DNA of 52,550 bases from Octopus bimaculoides (GCF_001194135.2 NC_068983.1:121086740-121139289); one strand, 5' to 3'; shown: positions 35,874-47,575, counted from the first letter of the stretch. A program made the numbers and translations. Notes: generated by a model not told the origin, from the sequence alone.

Positions 35874-36359
35874 TGTATGTGTATGTATGTATGTACTCAG
35901 AACAAATGTTTTTTTATAATTCTCAGAATATGGTAGTTTATTTCTCATTCTGGTTCTCATACTGTTTTCTAGCATAAAGCTCAAATTGTTCTGTTGACAC
36001 CCTAATGTAAATGATATTCCATTCTCACCCACAGAATACAGTGAAGTTGTTTGTTGTGGAACCTCAGCTTTTAACCTTACTGACAGCCCAAGAACCTAAT
36101 TGATCATCATTTATTTATTTATATATTAATTTGTTTTGACCTCTCATCAGTTAAAACCTTACTCAGTGTTTAATTTTAGGAGAACTCTGTAACCTCAGCT
36201 GTTCATGTTAAACATCTTAGTCTTAAAGAGACAAAAAAATAACATTACTATCATCAACATTCTCCTCATCATTCTTTTTATATCATTATCGCATGTGTGG
36301 TAGAGTCACTGCTATCCATAGTAGTATTAGTAATTATTTCTTTTGTAAACAAATTAAAA

Positions 36360-36787
36360 ACACAGGCATGGTTGTGCAGTAAGAAGTTTGCTTCTCAACC
36401 ATATGGTTCCTGGTTTACTCGGGCAAGTATCGTCATCTACTTGAGCAGTGGGCTGATAAAAATCTTGTGAGTGAATTTAGTAGATGGAATTTAAAAGAAA
36501 CCTATCATATACATATGTTTGTAGGTGTATGTTTATATGCATGTAGGCTCATAAAAATGTGTGTGTGTTTTACTGTGTCTGTATGATAATTGTAAACAAT
36601 TGCCATGCATGCAATGTGCTTTGTTTCCAATCTTCCATAAAAACATGTCTGGTCATGGTGATATATTACCTTACTTGGAAACAAGATCCCTTGTACAAGA
36701 AGGGCGTCCTGGCATAGAAAATCCCCCTCAGCAAATTCCATCCAACCCACACAAGCATGGAAAAATTGATGTTAAAATTATGCTGAC

Positions 36788-36790
<3 letters not shown>
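36360..36790 (+). mobile_element. Family A-head SINE with alternative RTE-derived tail
   Basis: Head acacaggcatggttgtgcagtaagaagtttg, central microsatellite, then ccttacttggaaacaag...gcatggaaaaattgatgttaaaa. Confidence 0.8.
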
Positions 36791-36819
<29 letters not shown>

Positions 36820-37281
36820 TCAATTTTGTTTCCATTTTTTGCTGAGTGTCTTCTCAACACCTAGGGCAAAGAAATTCACTGTATACATTGGTAGGCCATT
36901 AAAATAAACACACCAAATTGTTCATCTACAAAGTCAAGATATATGATAGAAGAAAAAGGAAAAAAGAAAGAGAAATGAAAAAAAAAAGAAAACACAGGAG
37001 AAAAGGGAAAGAAAATTCACAGCACAATGCTCGTTTCAATATGTGTAACATCCCAGTTAAAACAATCTTTTGCACTTCTTGCATGGATGGTAAGCAAGGA
37101 ATCATTCTCAAATAATTTTCAAGCTCCTTGTTTGATCATTCCAAGTGCTCCTACAATCATTGATATTGTAAGCATCTTGACATGCCACCTTTTTTTTTTA
37201 TTTCAATGAACAGATCTTTATATATTCTGAGCTTGTCAAATACTTTTTCGATGAGATATTATTATTCTTATTAATATTATT

Positions 37282-37777
37282 AAGAAAGGAGCTGACAGAA
37301 TCATTAGCATGCTAGGCAAAATGCTTAATGGCATTTCATCCGTCTTTATGTTCTAAGTTCAAATTCTGCTGAGGTCAACTTTGCCTTTCTTCCTTTTGAT
37401 GTTGATAAAATAAGTACTAGCTGAACATTGGGATCAATGTAATCGACTTGCCCCCTCCCCTGAAATTACTGACATCATGCCAAATTTTGAAATCGTTATC
37501 ATCATCATGATTATTATTTTTATTACTATTATTATTATTAAGATGGTGAGCTGGCAGAATTGTTAGCATGCCAGGCAAAAAGCTTAGCAGCATTTCATCT
37601 GTCTTCATGTTCTGTGTTCAAATTCCATTGAGGTCTACTTTCCCTTTCATCCTTTCGGGGTTGATTAAATGAGTACCAGTTGAACACTGGAATCAATGTA
37701 ATCAACTCATCCTCTTCCCCAAAACTGCTGCCCTTGTGGCAAAATTTTGAAACCATTATTTATTATTATTGTTATTA

Positions 37778-37823
<46 letters not shown>

Positions 37824-38915
37824 GGTGACGAGCTGACAGAGTCGTTAGCATGCCGAGCAAAATGCTTAGCAGCATTTCATCCGTCTCATGTTCTGAGTTC
37901 AAATTCCACCAAGGTTGATTTTTGCCTTTTATTCTTTCAGGGTCAATAAAATAAGTACTAGTTGAACACTGGGGTCAATGTAATCAAGTTATCCCCGCTC
38001 CCAAAATTGCTGGACGAAATGCTTCTAAGCATTTTTGCCCAGCATGCTAACAGTTCTGACAGCTTGCCACCTTATGTAATTACGAGATGAACCAAGTACT
38101 CAACTAGTTCTTACTTCATCTACCCTCAGAACATAAAGATGGGCAAAATACCGCTAAGCATTTTGTCTCATGTTAATGATTCTTCCATGTCACTGCCCTC
38201 ATAATAATAACAATAGTAATAATAATCTCTGATTTCTAGCACTAGACTGACCAGTAATTTTGTGAGGAGGGCGAGTTGTCCATACTATCAACTCCAGTAC
38301 GTGACTGGTACTTTATTTTTATTGGTCCTGGAGAGATGAAATTCAGACTGTTGACCTTGGCAGAATATAGAAAACTGACACAAGTGTCACAAAAGAGTTT
38401 TTTCCAAACTCTAAGGGTCTGACCATCCACCACTATCACATTGATAATGATGATGATAATAATAATTCATTCTTTTATTAGCCACAAGGGCTCACATACA
38501 ATAATAATAATCCTTTCTACTATAGGCACAAAGCCTGAAATTTTGGAGGTGGGGAGTTAGTCAATTACATCGACCCCAGTGCATAACTGGTATTTATTTT
38601 ATTGACCCCAAAAGGATGAAATGCAAAGTCAACCTCAGCGGAATTTGAACTCAGAATATAAGGAAGGTCAAAATGCTGTGAAGCATTTTGCATGACATGC
38701 TAATGATTCTGTCAGCTTGCCACCTTAATAATAATATAATGATTGTAATAATCATTTGCACAATAGGAACAATGCATGAAATTTTGTGCTCAGCTGGTAT
38801 ATAAGATGAAAGGTAAAATAAGTCTCGGCAGAATTTGAACCGTGAACATAAAGAGCCAAATAAAATGCTACCAAGCATTTTGTCGAATATGCTAATGATT
38901 CTGCCAGCTCAATGT
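37282..38915. mobile_element. Cluster of about 8 family B SINEs (3 forward, then about 5 reverse), separated by (ATT)/(AAT)n tails
   Basis: Forward heads near 37282, 37540 and 37821. Reverse copies near 38012-38074, 38075-38195, 38230-38370, 38510-38725 and 38805-38915. Confidence 0.85.
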
Positions 38916-38939
38916 CTTAATAATAATAATAATAATATT

Positions 38940-39321
38940 CATTCTAATATCCACTATCCCATGTTTGCATGGAACGAACAGAATTTGTACTGCCAGATGC
39001 ACTTGTTCCCATCCGTTGCCTGTTTCCAAGTAATGTAATATTCCCCCAAACCAAGCATGTTTTCAAGGAAGATTAGAAACAAAAGATCTTAGTTACCTGA
39101 AAGTTACATTCATTTATTACTATCACATGAAGTCAAAGCAAGGAGACAGTAACACACACACATGTACAACAGGTTTCTTTCAGTTTCGCTATACCAAATT
39201 CACATTCAAAGCTTTGGAGCTATAGTTGAAGATACTTACCCAAGGTGCTATGCAAGGGGACTGAACCCAAGACCATGTGGTTGGGAAGTTAACTTCTCAC
39301 CACACAACTACACTTGCGCCT
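38940..39321 (-). mobile_element. Family A-head SINE with RTE-derived tail (reverse)
   Basis: Left side ccatgtttgcatgg...tgtttccaagtaatgtaatattcccc. Right side reverse head gaagttaacttctcaccacacaactacacttgcgcct. Confidence 0.78.
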
Positions 39322-39771
39322 GATAATATCTTTAACAATAGTGCTTTATCACCCAGGGGCCTTACTATGTAATACAAATCCTATTTCATTCATACTGTAA
39401 GATTACAGAATGTGGAAGTGAATATATACAAACTACAAAGTTCAAGAAAAAAACTTCCACTACTTCTTGCATAGCAGTTTTGTTAGCTGTACATAATAAT
39501 TGAAGTAATGATTGATCAACTTAGTTCTGCTGTCTAGTTGCAGTAAAAATAGAACATATTTGAGAATTATATTATCTAAATATATATGAAAATTACAAAT
39601 CTGGTATGTGATAGGAAGATGGCTTCGATACCCTGATACTTGTCTGCCTAGGCTAACAAAGATATCAAGAAAAATTGCTCAGATATTATAAAAGAGTGAA
39701 AAGAAAGCAAATATGTGGCCTACTTTTATTCATGTGTCACATAATTTAGGTTATATAAAAATTAAATAAGT

Positions 39772-40123
39772 TACTCTTTTACTTGTTTCAATCATTTGAC
39801 TGCAGTCATGCTGGAGCACTGCCTTTAGTCAAGCAAATCGACCGCATGGCTTATTCTTTGTGAGTCTAGTACTTATTCTATTGGTCTCTTTTGCTGAACT
39901 GCAAAGATATGGGGACGTAAACACGCCAACATCGGTTGTCAAGCAATGTTGTGGGGAGAAAAACATACACATAAATATATATATACCATCTGCAAAATCC
40001 ACTCTTAAGGCTTTGGTCAGCCCAAGGTTATAGTAGAAGACACTTGCCCAAAGTGCCATGCAGTGGGACTGAACCCGGAACCATGTGGTTGGTAAGCAAG
40101 CTACTTACCACACAGCCACTCCT
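39772..40123 (-). mobile_element. Full-length family A SINE
   Basis: tactcttttacttgtttcaatcatttgactgcag ... ctacttaccacacagccactcct. Confidence 0.9.
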
Positions 40124-41113
40124 GGATCACAGTCATGTAAAGAAAAGCAAAATACAGAAGAAAGATTATTTTGGATCATATCTTTGAAGCATTGAGAAAT
40201 TTGAAAATAAGTCTTTTTGAGAAACTTCATGATACAAGTACATAATGATACAATCACATCAGCATATCGCAACACAGTTTTTTGTACAGATGTTGATAGC
40301 TTTAATAACTGTTACTACTGGTAATTACAATAGTAAGTAAAATAGTAAAAAAAAAATAATCAGATTTTGACATGTTCATATTCTATTTAGTAATTCAAAA
40401 TATATCTATGTTGATTGCATATATAGATATATTACCAATGTATCTATATGTGTTTTGTACTGCCATTGTTAATACTTAGCTATAGTTACTGCAATGCAAT
40501 ATTGAACATATGTAGATATAATGGTTAATAATAAAAAATAATTGAATAATAATCATATATACAACTACTGTAGATAGTTGTATTAAGTACATTCAAATGC
40601 TGACCACATTTGCATATGTAATACTTTATCATGCAAAATACATTAAAACAGTCATCACTTATGTAAATATAATAGTTGTATAACATAGTCAAATGCTAAC
40701 CATGTATGTAAATATAGTGGTTAACATTGCAAACTGTGTTCAAGCATTGATTACGTGTAGATATAATCAATGATGGAAGTGAGTTTTAGGAACTAGAGGT
40801 TGACTGTGGTCATTGAGACTGGGGTTAGAAAGGAGAGGTGTTAGATGCTTTATGAAACCCAATGATGGTGATGACAGTGACTTGTACCCTTCTGTTATCT
40901 GTGTTTCTGTACATCTAAAATTCTAATAATGTAGTTTGAAGAACAGTTATATGAAACTCCATAAAAAAAAAGAACATCACTACTTCTGTGAAAAAGAACC
41001 TGTGAGCTGAGAAGTAGAGAAAGTCTGTTCCATTTTTATCACTGGTTGTAACAGTAATACAAAACACTATTGAGTTACTGACAATATATGTAACTGCAAC
41101 AGTTCATATTATA

Positions 41114-41172
41114 TTGGGTTGGCAAGAAAGTAATTTCGTTTTTCACAAATAGATAGAATTACGATTTTCTTG
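41114..41172. mobile_element. mariner-type TIR / MADE-like hairpin remnant
   Basis: TA followed by ttgggttggcaagaaagtaatttcgttttt, then an imperfect inverted aattacgattttcttg. Confidence 0.6.
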
Positions 41173-41878
41173 ATGAAACAACGTTGGCCTTCCTTGGGGC
41201 AGGTGAGGAGGAGTGTTTCCACTGCATGGATTGTCTCTTTGTCTCTGGCCCAAAGTGACGAACCCAGTACTCATACTGGATTAGGAAATGCTCAAGGAAA
41301 CCAGCTAGATCTGCCTCAAACAATGTCAGATTTTCCTGTGGTGTGATCAGCCTGGTGCACTTTTAATCAAGTTTCAGAAGATGTGACACCCATCAAGCAG
41401 AAACCTTTATTATATTAAGTTCATTGTGCAGGATATTCTCATCTATCTAGTAGGATATGTTAATAGCATTGGCTATTTGATTTATAATCAATCACCTGTC
41501 ATCCAGTGACATGATCAATGTTTTTCTTGGTGGCAGTTACAGAACATCCAGATCTTGGGTCATCTTCAAGACTCTCCCTTACCTTTCTGAATTCAGCTAC
41601 CCAGTTTGCACTGTTGATAAAGCTGGAGCATCATCCTCTAATGCACAAATGTCCTCAGGGGCTAAAGCCTGTTTCTGCAGGTACTTGATAACACCACTAT
41701 GTCAAATTTTGTCCAATTTCAAGAGAAATCACTGTTAGTTACATCTGAAGTCTTCTTTGAACATTTAGATATCAGTTTACCTGGAAAGAAACAATGCAGT
41801 TGTAAATAAGAAGAGTTGAAATTAACACATGTAAGATTTCATAGCTCTAGCATCACCCTTTCATAGACAACCTCATAC
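41173..41878 (-). mobile_element. Second mariner (irritans/Hsmar2-like), 3'-truncated transposase relic at 41173-41716
   Basis: Minus-strand pieces DKI*HSGVIKYLQK, DDAPALSTVQ, WVSHLL, ENLTLFEADLAGFLEHFLIQYEYWVRHFGPETKRQSMQWKHSSSPAPRKANVVSS. These correspond to WVP.LL and DE.WV..F.PETKRQSMQWKH. Confidence 0.88.
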
Positions 41879-41954
41879 TCTCATTTTGCTCATCAACTTA
41901 TCTGTTATAAATTTCTACTATATTATTAGTATTATTGTTATGACTGTTATTATT

Positions 41955-42375
41955 GTTGAGTTCAAATGCTGCTGAGGTCAACTTTGCCTTTCATCCTTTC
42001 AGGGTTGATAAATTAAGTACCAGTCAAATACTGGGGATCAATGTAATTGCCTACTCCCCTCTACCCAAATTTCAGGCCTTGTGCCTATAGTAGAAAGGAT
42101 TATTATCATTCTCCAACACATAGATCTTTTACAGTTGATTTGTTTCAATTATTATTATTATTAAGGCAGTGAGTTGGCAGAACTGTTAGCATGCCGGATG
42201 AAATGCTTAGCGGTATTTCATCTGTCTTCACATTTTAAATTCAAATTCCGCTGAGGTTGACTTTGCCTTTCATCCTTTCGGGGTCAATAAAATAATTCCC
42301 AGTTGAGTATTGGGGTTCATGTAATCAACTATCCCCTGCTCCCAGATTTCAGGCCTTGTGCCTCTAGTAGAAAAG
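41955..42375 (+). mobile_element. Two tandem family B SINEs (41955-42100 truncated; 42163-42375 full)
   Basis: ttgcctttcatcctttc.gggt..ataaa core and ...caggccttgtgcct.tagtagaaa.gattatt tails. Confidence 0.88.
42106..42147 (-). mobile_element. Very short second copy of the same R4/Dong-like 3' end
   Basis: tcattctccaacacatagatcttttacagttg..tgtttca versus tcattctccagcatctagatcttttacagttg..tgtttca (42398-42451). Flanked by (ATT)n on both sides. Confidence 0.7.
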
Positions 42376-42851
42376 ATTATTATTATTATTGTTGTTGTCA
42401 TTCTCCAGCATCTAGATCTTTTACAGTTGGGTTGTGTGTAATTATGTTTCAGCTCCCACTCATAGCACAACACTTTTCTCAGCAAATGAGTTGTTCCAAG
42501 CACCACTGCCATTTGTGCACTCCCTAATATATCTGGTATGCATAAGATCTCAGGTATCGCATCTGGATTCTTTGAAATTGTTTTGCATGCACTGATAAAA
42601 AAACAAAAGGGGGATACTTGACTGTTGCTCAACAAGTCCTGGTATTTGACTGCCTTCATTCTTTTAGTGATTTCAACATTCCAGTCAGCAGTATGTATGT
42701 ATTTGTGTACAACAGTAATATCCGGGCAATTATGCTCCACATGCTTGTATGTAAAAATGGTCGTGTCTCATGTGAACTTCACCCACACACTTATTCTCAA
42801 CCAAGGTCTGTGGAATGTGGTCATACCACTTATTTATGCATGGAAGATCAT
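42376..42851 (-). mobile_element. R4/Dong-clade non-LTR retrotransposon 3' fragment (restriction-like endonuclease domain, short 3' UTR, (AAC)(AAT)n tail)
   Basis: Minus-strand peptides DLPCINKWYDHIPQTLVEN, EHNCPDITVVHK, KAVKYQDL and AVVLGTTHLLRKVL. These match the R4/Dong RLE pattern KWYEH.P..V.EN...HNRPDI...EK..KY.DL...LLGTAHILRKVL. Confidence 0.82.
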
Positions 42852-42974
42852 GTTGTTGTTGCTTCTGCTGCTGCTGCTGTTGTTGTTGTTGTTGTTGTTG
42901 TCGTTGCTGTTGCTGATTGTGGGATTCTACCAAGATATGAGATCAGACAGATCACTAATGACCAGAATAATTAA

Positions 42975-43520
42975 AATGTTGGGCAGAATGCTTTGAGGTA
43001 TTTGTCCTGGCTGTTGCATTCTTGGTTCAAATCCTGTTGCAGTCACCCTTACCATTCATTCTTCCATGGGTGATAAATAAATTACCAGTCAAGTACTGAA
43101 ATTGATATGATCACCAGTACAACTCCACATAAATTTCTGATTGTGTTTGAAATTATTATTAATATTATTTTGGAGTTTAAGGCAGCAAGCTGGGCAAAAT
43201 GCTTAGCAGCATTTCATCCATCTTTATATTGTGAATTCAAATTCCACTGAGGTCAACTTTGCTTTTCATCCTTCCATGGTCAATAAAATAAGTACCAGTT
43301 GAGCACTAGGGTCAATGTAATTGATTTACACCCTCCCTCGAAATTGACGGTCTTGTGCCAAAATTTGGAATCAGTTTTATCTTGAGGATTAATGCAGCAA
43401 GCAAGCAGAATTGTTAGCGTGCTGGGCAAAATGCGTAGCAGTATTTCATCCATTTTTATGTTCTGAGTTCAAATTCCGTCAAGATTGATTTTGCTTGTAC
43501 CAAAATTTGAAACCAATGTT
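42975..43520 (+). mobile_element. Three tandem family B SINE copies/fragments
   Basis: Heads near 42975, 43180 (aaggcagcaagctggg) and 43390, with ttttcatccttccatggt..ataaa cores. Confidence 0.8.
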
Positions 43521-44744
43521 ATTTTGAGGGGTTTTTTTCTGTTTTTGTAGTCTCATCTAGACTTTTCACTGCACCACCTAGTGCATTCCTATATTTCTGA
43601 TGCATTATAATAATGAGAATATACTTTATTTAATGTGAAGGTATTGGTAGTAATTTTTAATTTTTTTTCATTCTTTTATTTTACTCTTATTTGTTTTGTA
43701 TCTTTTGTCATAGTACTGGAAGGTGATTGTGAAGAATATGTGCTGTGTAAGTTGTGTTGTAGCTCTGGGAGATAGTGGTATAGAATATAGACTGTGACTG
43801 TATATTGTGCTAAAGGTGAACTATTTATTTATACAATCATTCTTATGGAGGGAAAATTATTTGCTCACAAATCACAAGATGTGATCTCCCTCTGGTCACT
43901 TCAATGAAGGTTTGAACTTAAAACTTCAATTGTCATTGTTATTATGTTAATTATGGCCGTCATGTTCAAAGTGGTACTGTAGTGACTAGTGGGAAATCAT
44001 GTTTAGTGATGCATACACAATTATTTTTCCAATGAATAGTAGGGGAAAAGAATTATAAGTTCATTACGAATAATTAATGACGTATTTAGGAGGTAATTGT
44101 GTACAATATGCACTGTGTAAGTTGTGGCATGGTAATGAGATGATTAAATACTTCAGTTCTGATCGGTTACTGACATCTACAAAGCTCAAGTAAGATTTAC
44201 ATTAAAATACAGTACACATCTATGAGATGCTGCTGCTGCTACTACTACACACTAACATCCAAGACTGAATCAAAAAAGTCATTTGAATGATTAGCAATGA
44301 TCCGTTCACACTCTGTTAACTCACAGGTGTGGTGTTTCTTTTCTTTACCTCTTCTGCATTTACAATAGCCTGTGCTCTTTCGAACTAGTAAGTTAAATGC
44401 TTCATCTTTGCAGATGCACTTAATATAATAATTTGGTCTGCAGTCTTATCACTTTACCTCACACACCTCAGAGATTTTTTTCTAGCAAAGCAGCCGGCCG
44501 GAATTTCTTCTTTCTATTTTTGTGTTTAAAAAAAAAGTCAACCAACAAAAATTTATAAAGAACACTAAGTACATCAACTTCACTAGTTTGAGAGGGCTTG
44601 GAATGATCATGAGTTTTGTCTTTTCATGTTTCACTAATATATAAAAGGAAAACATATGCAGGCATGTGCACACACACATACACACACACACACACATGCA
44701 CCCACACTTACATACACATAGACACAACATAGAAACACAGAAAC

Positions 44745-44965
44745 ATTGGTTTCGAATTTTGGCACAAGGCAAATTTTGGCACAATTTTGGGAGAGGCAGT
44801 TGCATTAATTACATCTACCCCAGTATTCAACTAGTACATATTTTATCAAGCCCAAAAGAATCGAAACCAAAGTTGACTTTGGTGGAATTTGAACTCAAAA
44901 TGTAAAGACTGGTGAAGTACCACTAAGTATTTTGCCCAGCATGTTAATGATTCTGCCAGCCCACT
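44745..44965 (-). mobile_element. Family B SINE
   Basis: tggtttcgaattttggcacaagg...gttgactttggtggaatttgaactc...tgattctgccagccc. Confidence 0.8.
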
Positions 44966-45759
44966 ACCACCTCCCTCACACACATATATTAAGAAACACA
45001 TACACACTCTTAACAGTTTCACAGTTTCATACACATAATAATGCCAGGTAGTTACTTCAAGCTGTTCAGGATCTTGACTGGGAATCTTATTTACACACAT
45101 GCACACACACATGCGCACGCACGCACACACACACACTTACTCACACTCTCTCTCGCTCTCTCTTTTCCTCCCTCTCTCTGCATTCCCAAAACAAGAGCAT
45201 ACAAATATGTGTGTCCTGATGAGCATAAGGACACTGAAAATTGTATCCTGGTGATCTTCAGGCAAATGCGTTCACCCATGCAGCTTCTAGGAGGATTTAG
45301 AGAGAGAGAGCCAGGTTTAACTTTACTACAAATGCCATTAGAGACTGTGCATCTTTTCATTCTCACCAACACCTCTTCATTTGTTCGAAAGAGTTTTGGT
45401 TGAATGAATGAATAAGCAAACTTGCTATGTGTAGGAAAAGAGTATTTGGACATTGCTGCCAAACGGAGACACCATTAAAAATGAAGCAGACAAGGCAAAA
45501 GTGAGTGAGACAGGATAGTTGCTGGGGGGAAGACAATCTTCTGGAACTAATAATGTTTGGACATTTATCACGTATTTACAGTTAATATAATGATTATTAA
45601 ATAAAGAATTATATTGGGGTTATTGTTTATTTTTTCTGGAGATGTTTTTTATATTTAATTATCTTTATTTTTTTTTATTTATATTTCTTTTCTTTTTTTT
45701 TTGTATTTTTTCTTGAACAAAAATCTTTAATGCCGTCACATTACACTGCTGCTAACAAA

Positions 45760-46145
45760 ACCAAAAGCAATAATAATAAATACCACAATAATAAGGCTAG
45801 CTTGTTGTTGTTTTCATTACTGTTATTGTAGTCAATAATATCATCATCTTGGTTACAGTAGTAGAGATAATAGTAGTAGTTGTTGTTTATTGCTGCTGCA
45901 TTTTTTTGTTGTTGTATTCTAATTAAGTGTAACAAATTTATTAGCTTTACTGAAAATGTAGGGATAACAATAATATTTATAATTGTTATGAGAGCAATTG
46001 CAACTATGGTGATGGTTCTAGCCATAGTTATGATGGTGAGTGATGTATTGGTTCTAGTGAAAATTGTTGTTGCAGAAGTTGTGGTAGAGGTGGTGGTGGT
46101 ATTGGTGGTAGTTAGTTGGTAGTAGGGTGGTGGTGATGGTGATTA
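45760..46145. repeat. Low-complexity (AAT/GTT/GGT)n block
   Basis: Directly visible. Confidence 0.85.
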
Positions 46146-46409
46146 ATGCTATGGTGATCCAAGCTATAATAGCTTGGTTTTTTTTTTTTTTTTTTTTTTT
46201 ACAATGGTGGTGTTCATACTAGATAAGATGATTATGATGTCAGTTGTTTCAGAGGTGATGATAGGGGCTGTGATGAGGGGAAAAACAATCGTGTTGTTCT
46301 GATGATACACAGATTGGTAAAGTAGATGGTTATAAAAAAATAATACACTTTTTTGTTTTCTGACAGGTATGCAGTTCATAATACTGTTAATTTTACATGG
46401 AGAAATAAG

Positions 46410-46625
46410 GCATTGAGCTGGTAGAATTGTTAGCATGCCAAGCAAAATGCTTAGCAGCATTTTGTCCACCCTTATATTTTGAGTTCAATTACTACCAAGG
46501 TTGACTTTGCCTTTCATTCTTTCAGGTTTGATAAAATAAGTACCATTTGAACACTGCGGCCAATGCAATCAACTTACACCCTTGCCCTGAACTTGCTGGC
46601 CTTTTGCCAAAATTTAAAACCAATA
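46410..46625 (+). mobile_element. Family B SINE
   Basis: aaggcattgagctggtagaattgttagcatgcc...tttgccaaaatttaaaacc. Confidence 0.85.
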
Positions 46626-47532
46626 TTATATGGAAAAATTTTTCCTTGCTTTCCAAGAAATTATATCCAATAAAATGCAATATTGATAATGCCTTTAGAT
46701 TTTCATACAATGCTATTGATATCCAAAAATGGTAGACATAAGAAGCAACAAGATCCATGACTTACTGAATTCATCATCAAAGCAACTGATAAGCCAGTAT
46801 CTTTTTCTCATTTTGAATGACCAACACAACGAATGTTTAACTGCTTTACATAAGATTCATGTTCACTTGCTAAGGAACTATATGTTCTGGACATTTTCAA
46901 ATATCTATATTACATATATGAGATCCTATTGCATTTGTATTTCATATACAGAATAACCCTCTGAGATATTTTCCTCTTAGCCATGTTATTGATATTCACA
47001 ATCAGTATCACTACATAATGTTTATTTCAAGATATATATACATATATGTACATATATATCAATATGTATGCATATATGTATATACATGCGTATGTACGTA
47101 TTGAGCACTCTTAGTCTTGCCAAGTAGATTATGCTGTGATGAGAAATTCTAAAAAGACCTAAATATGTCCGTTGCTTTCATCAGTTGTTATTAAAGACCA
47201 AATCTCACTCGTATGTACCAATATTGAATAATGTAGTTTCAGAATTAGTACCTTTTTCTTTTTTCTTTTTTTTTAACTATACATTAATCTTACCTTATTA
47301 GAATGTACTAATGTTGTATAATATAGTACACTTGTATATATTTTTCAAAATCAATTGTAATTTTGTTGATATTATCTCCCTTGTTTGAATGCTTAAAATT
47401 TTAAACACTCCTTAAGGAAATTTTTTTGCTTTTAATTGCATAGTCTCAGTTGATGTAAGTTTTTTTCAACTCAAATTACATGTGAAGCCTACCACAGTTT
47501 TATACAGGTGTCCCTCTGTATGNNNNNNNNNN

Positions 47533-47575
<43 letters not shown>

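Noticed and set aside
45091-45462. 123-aa minus-strand ORF
   Set aside because: It has no recognisable domain, ends in CA/GA microsatellite, and has no supporting splice signals.
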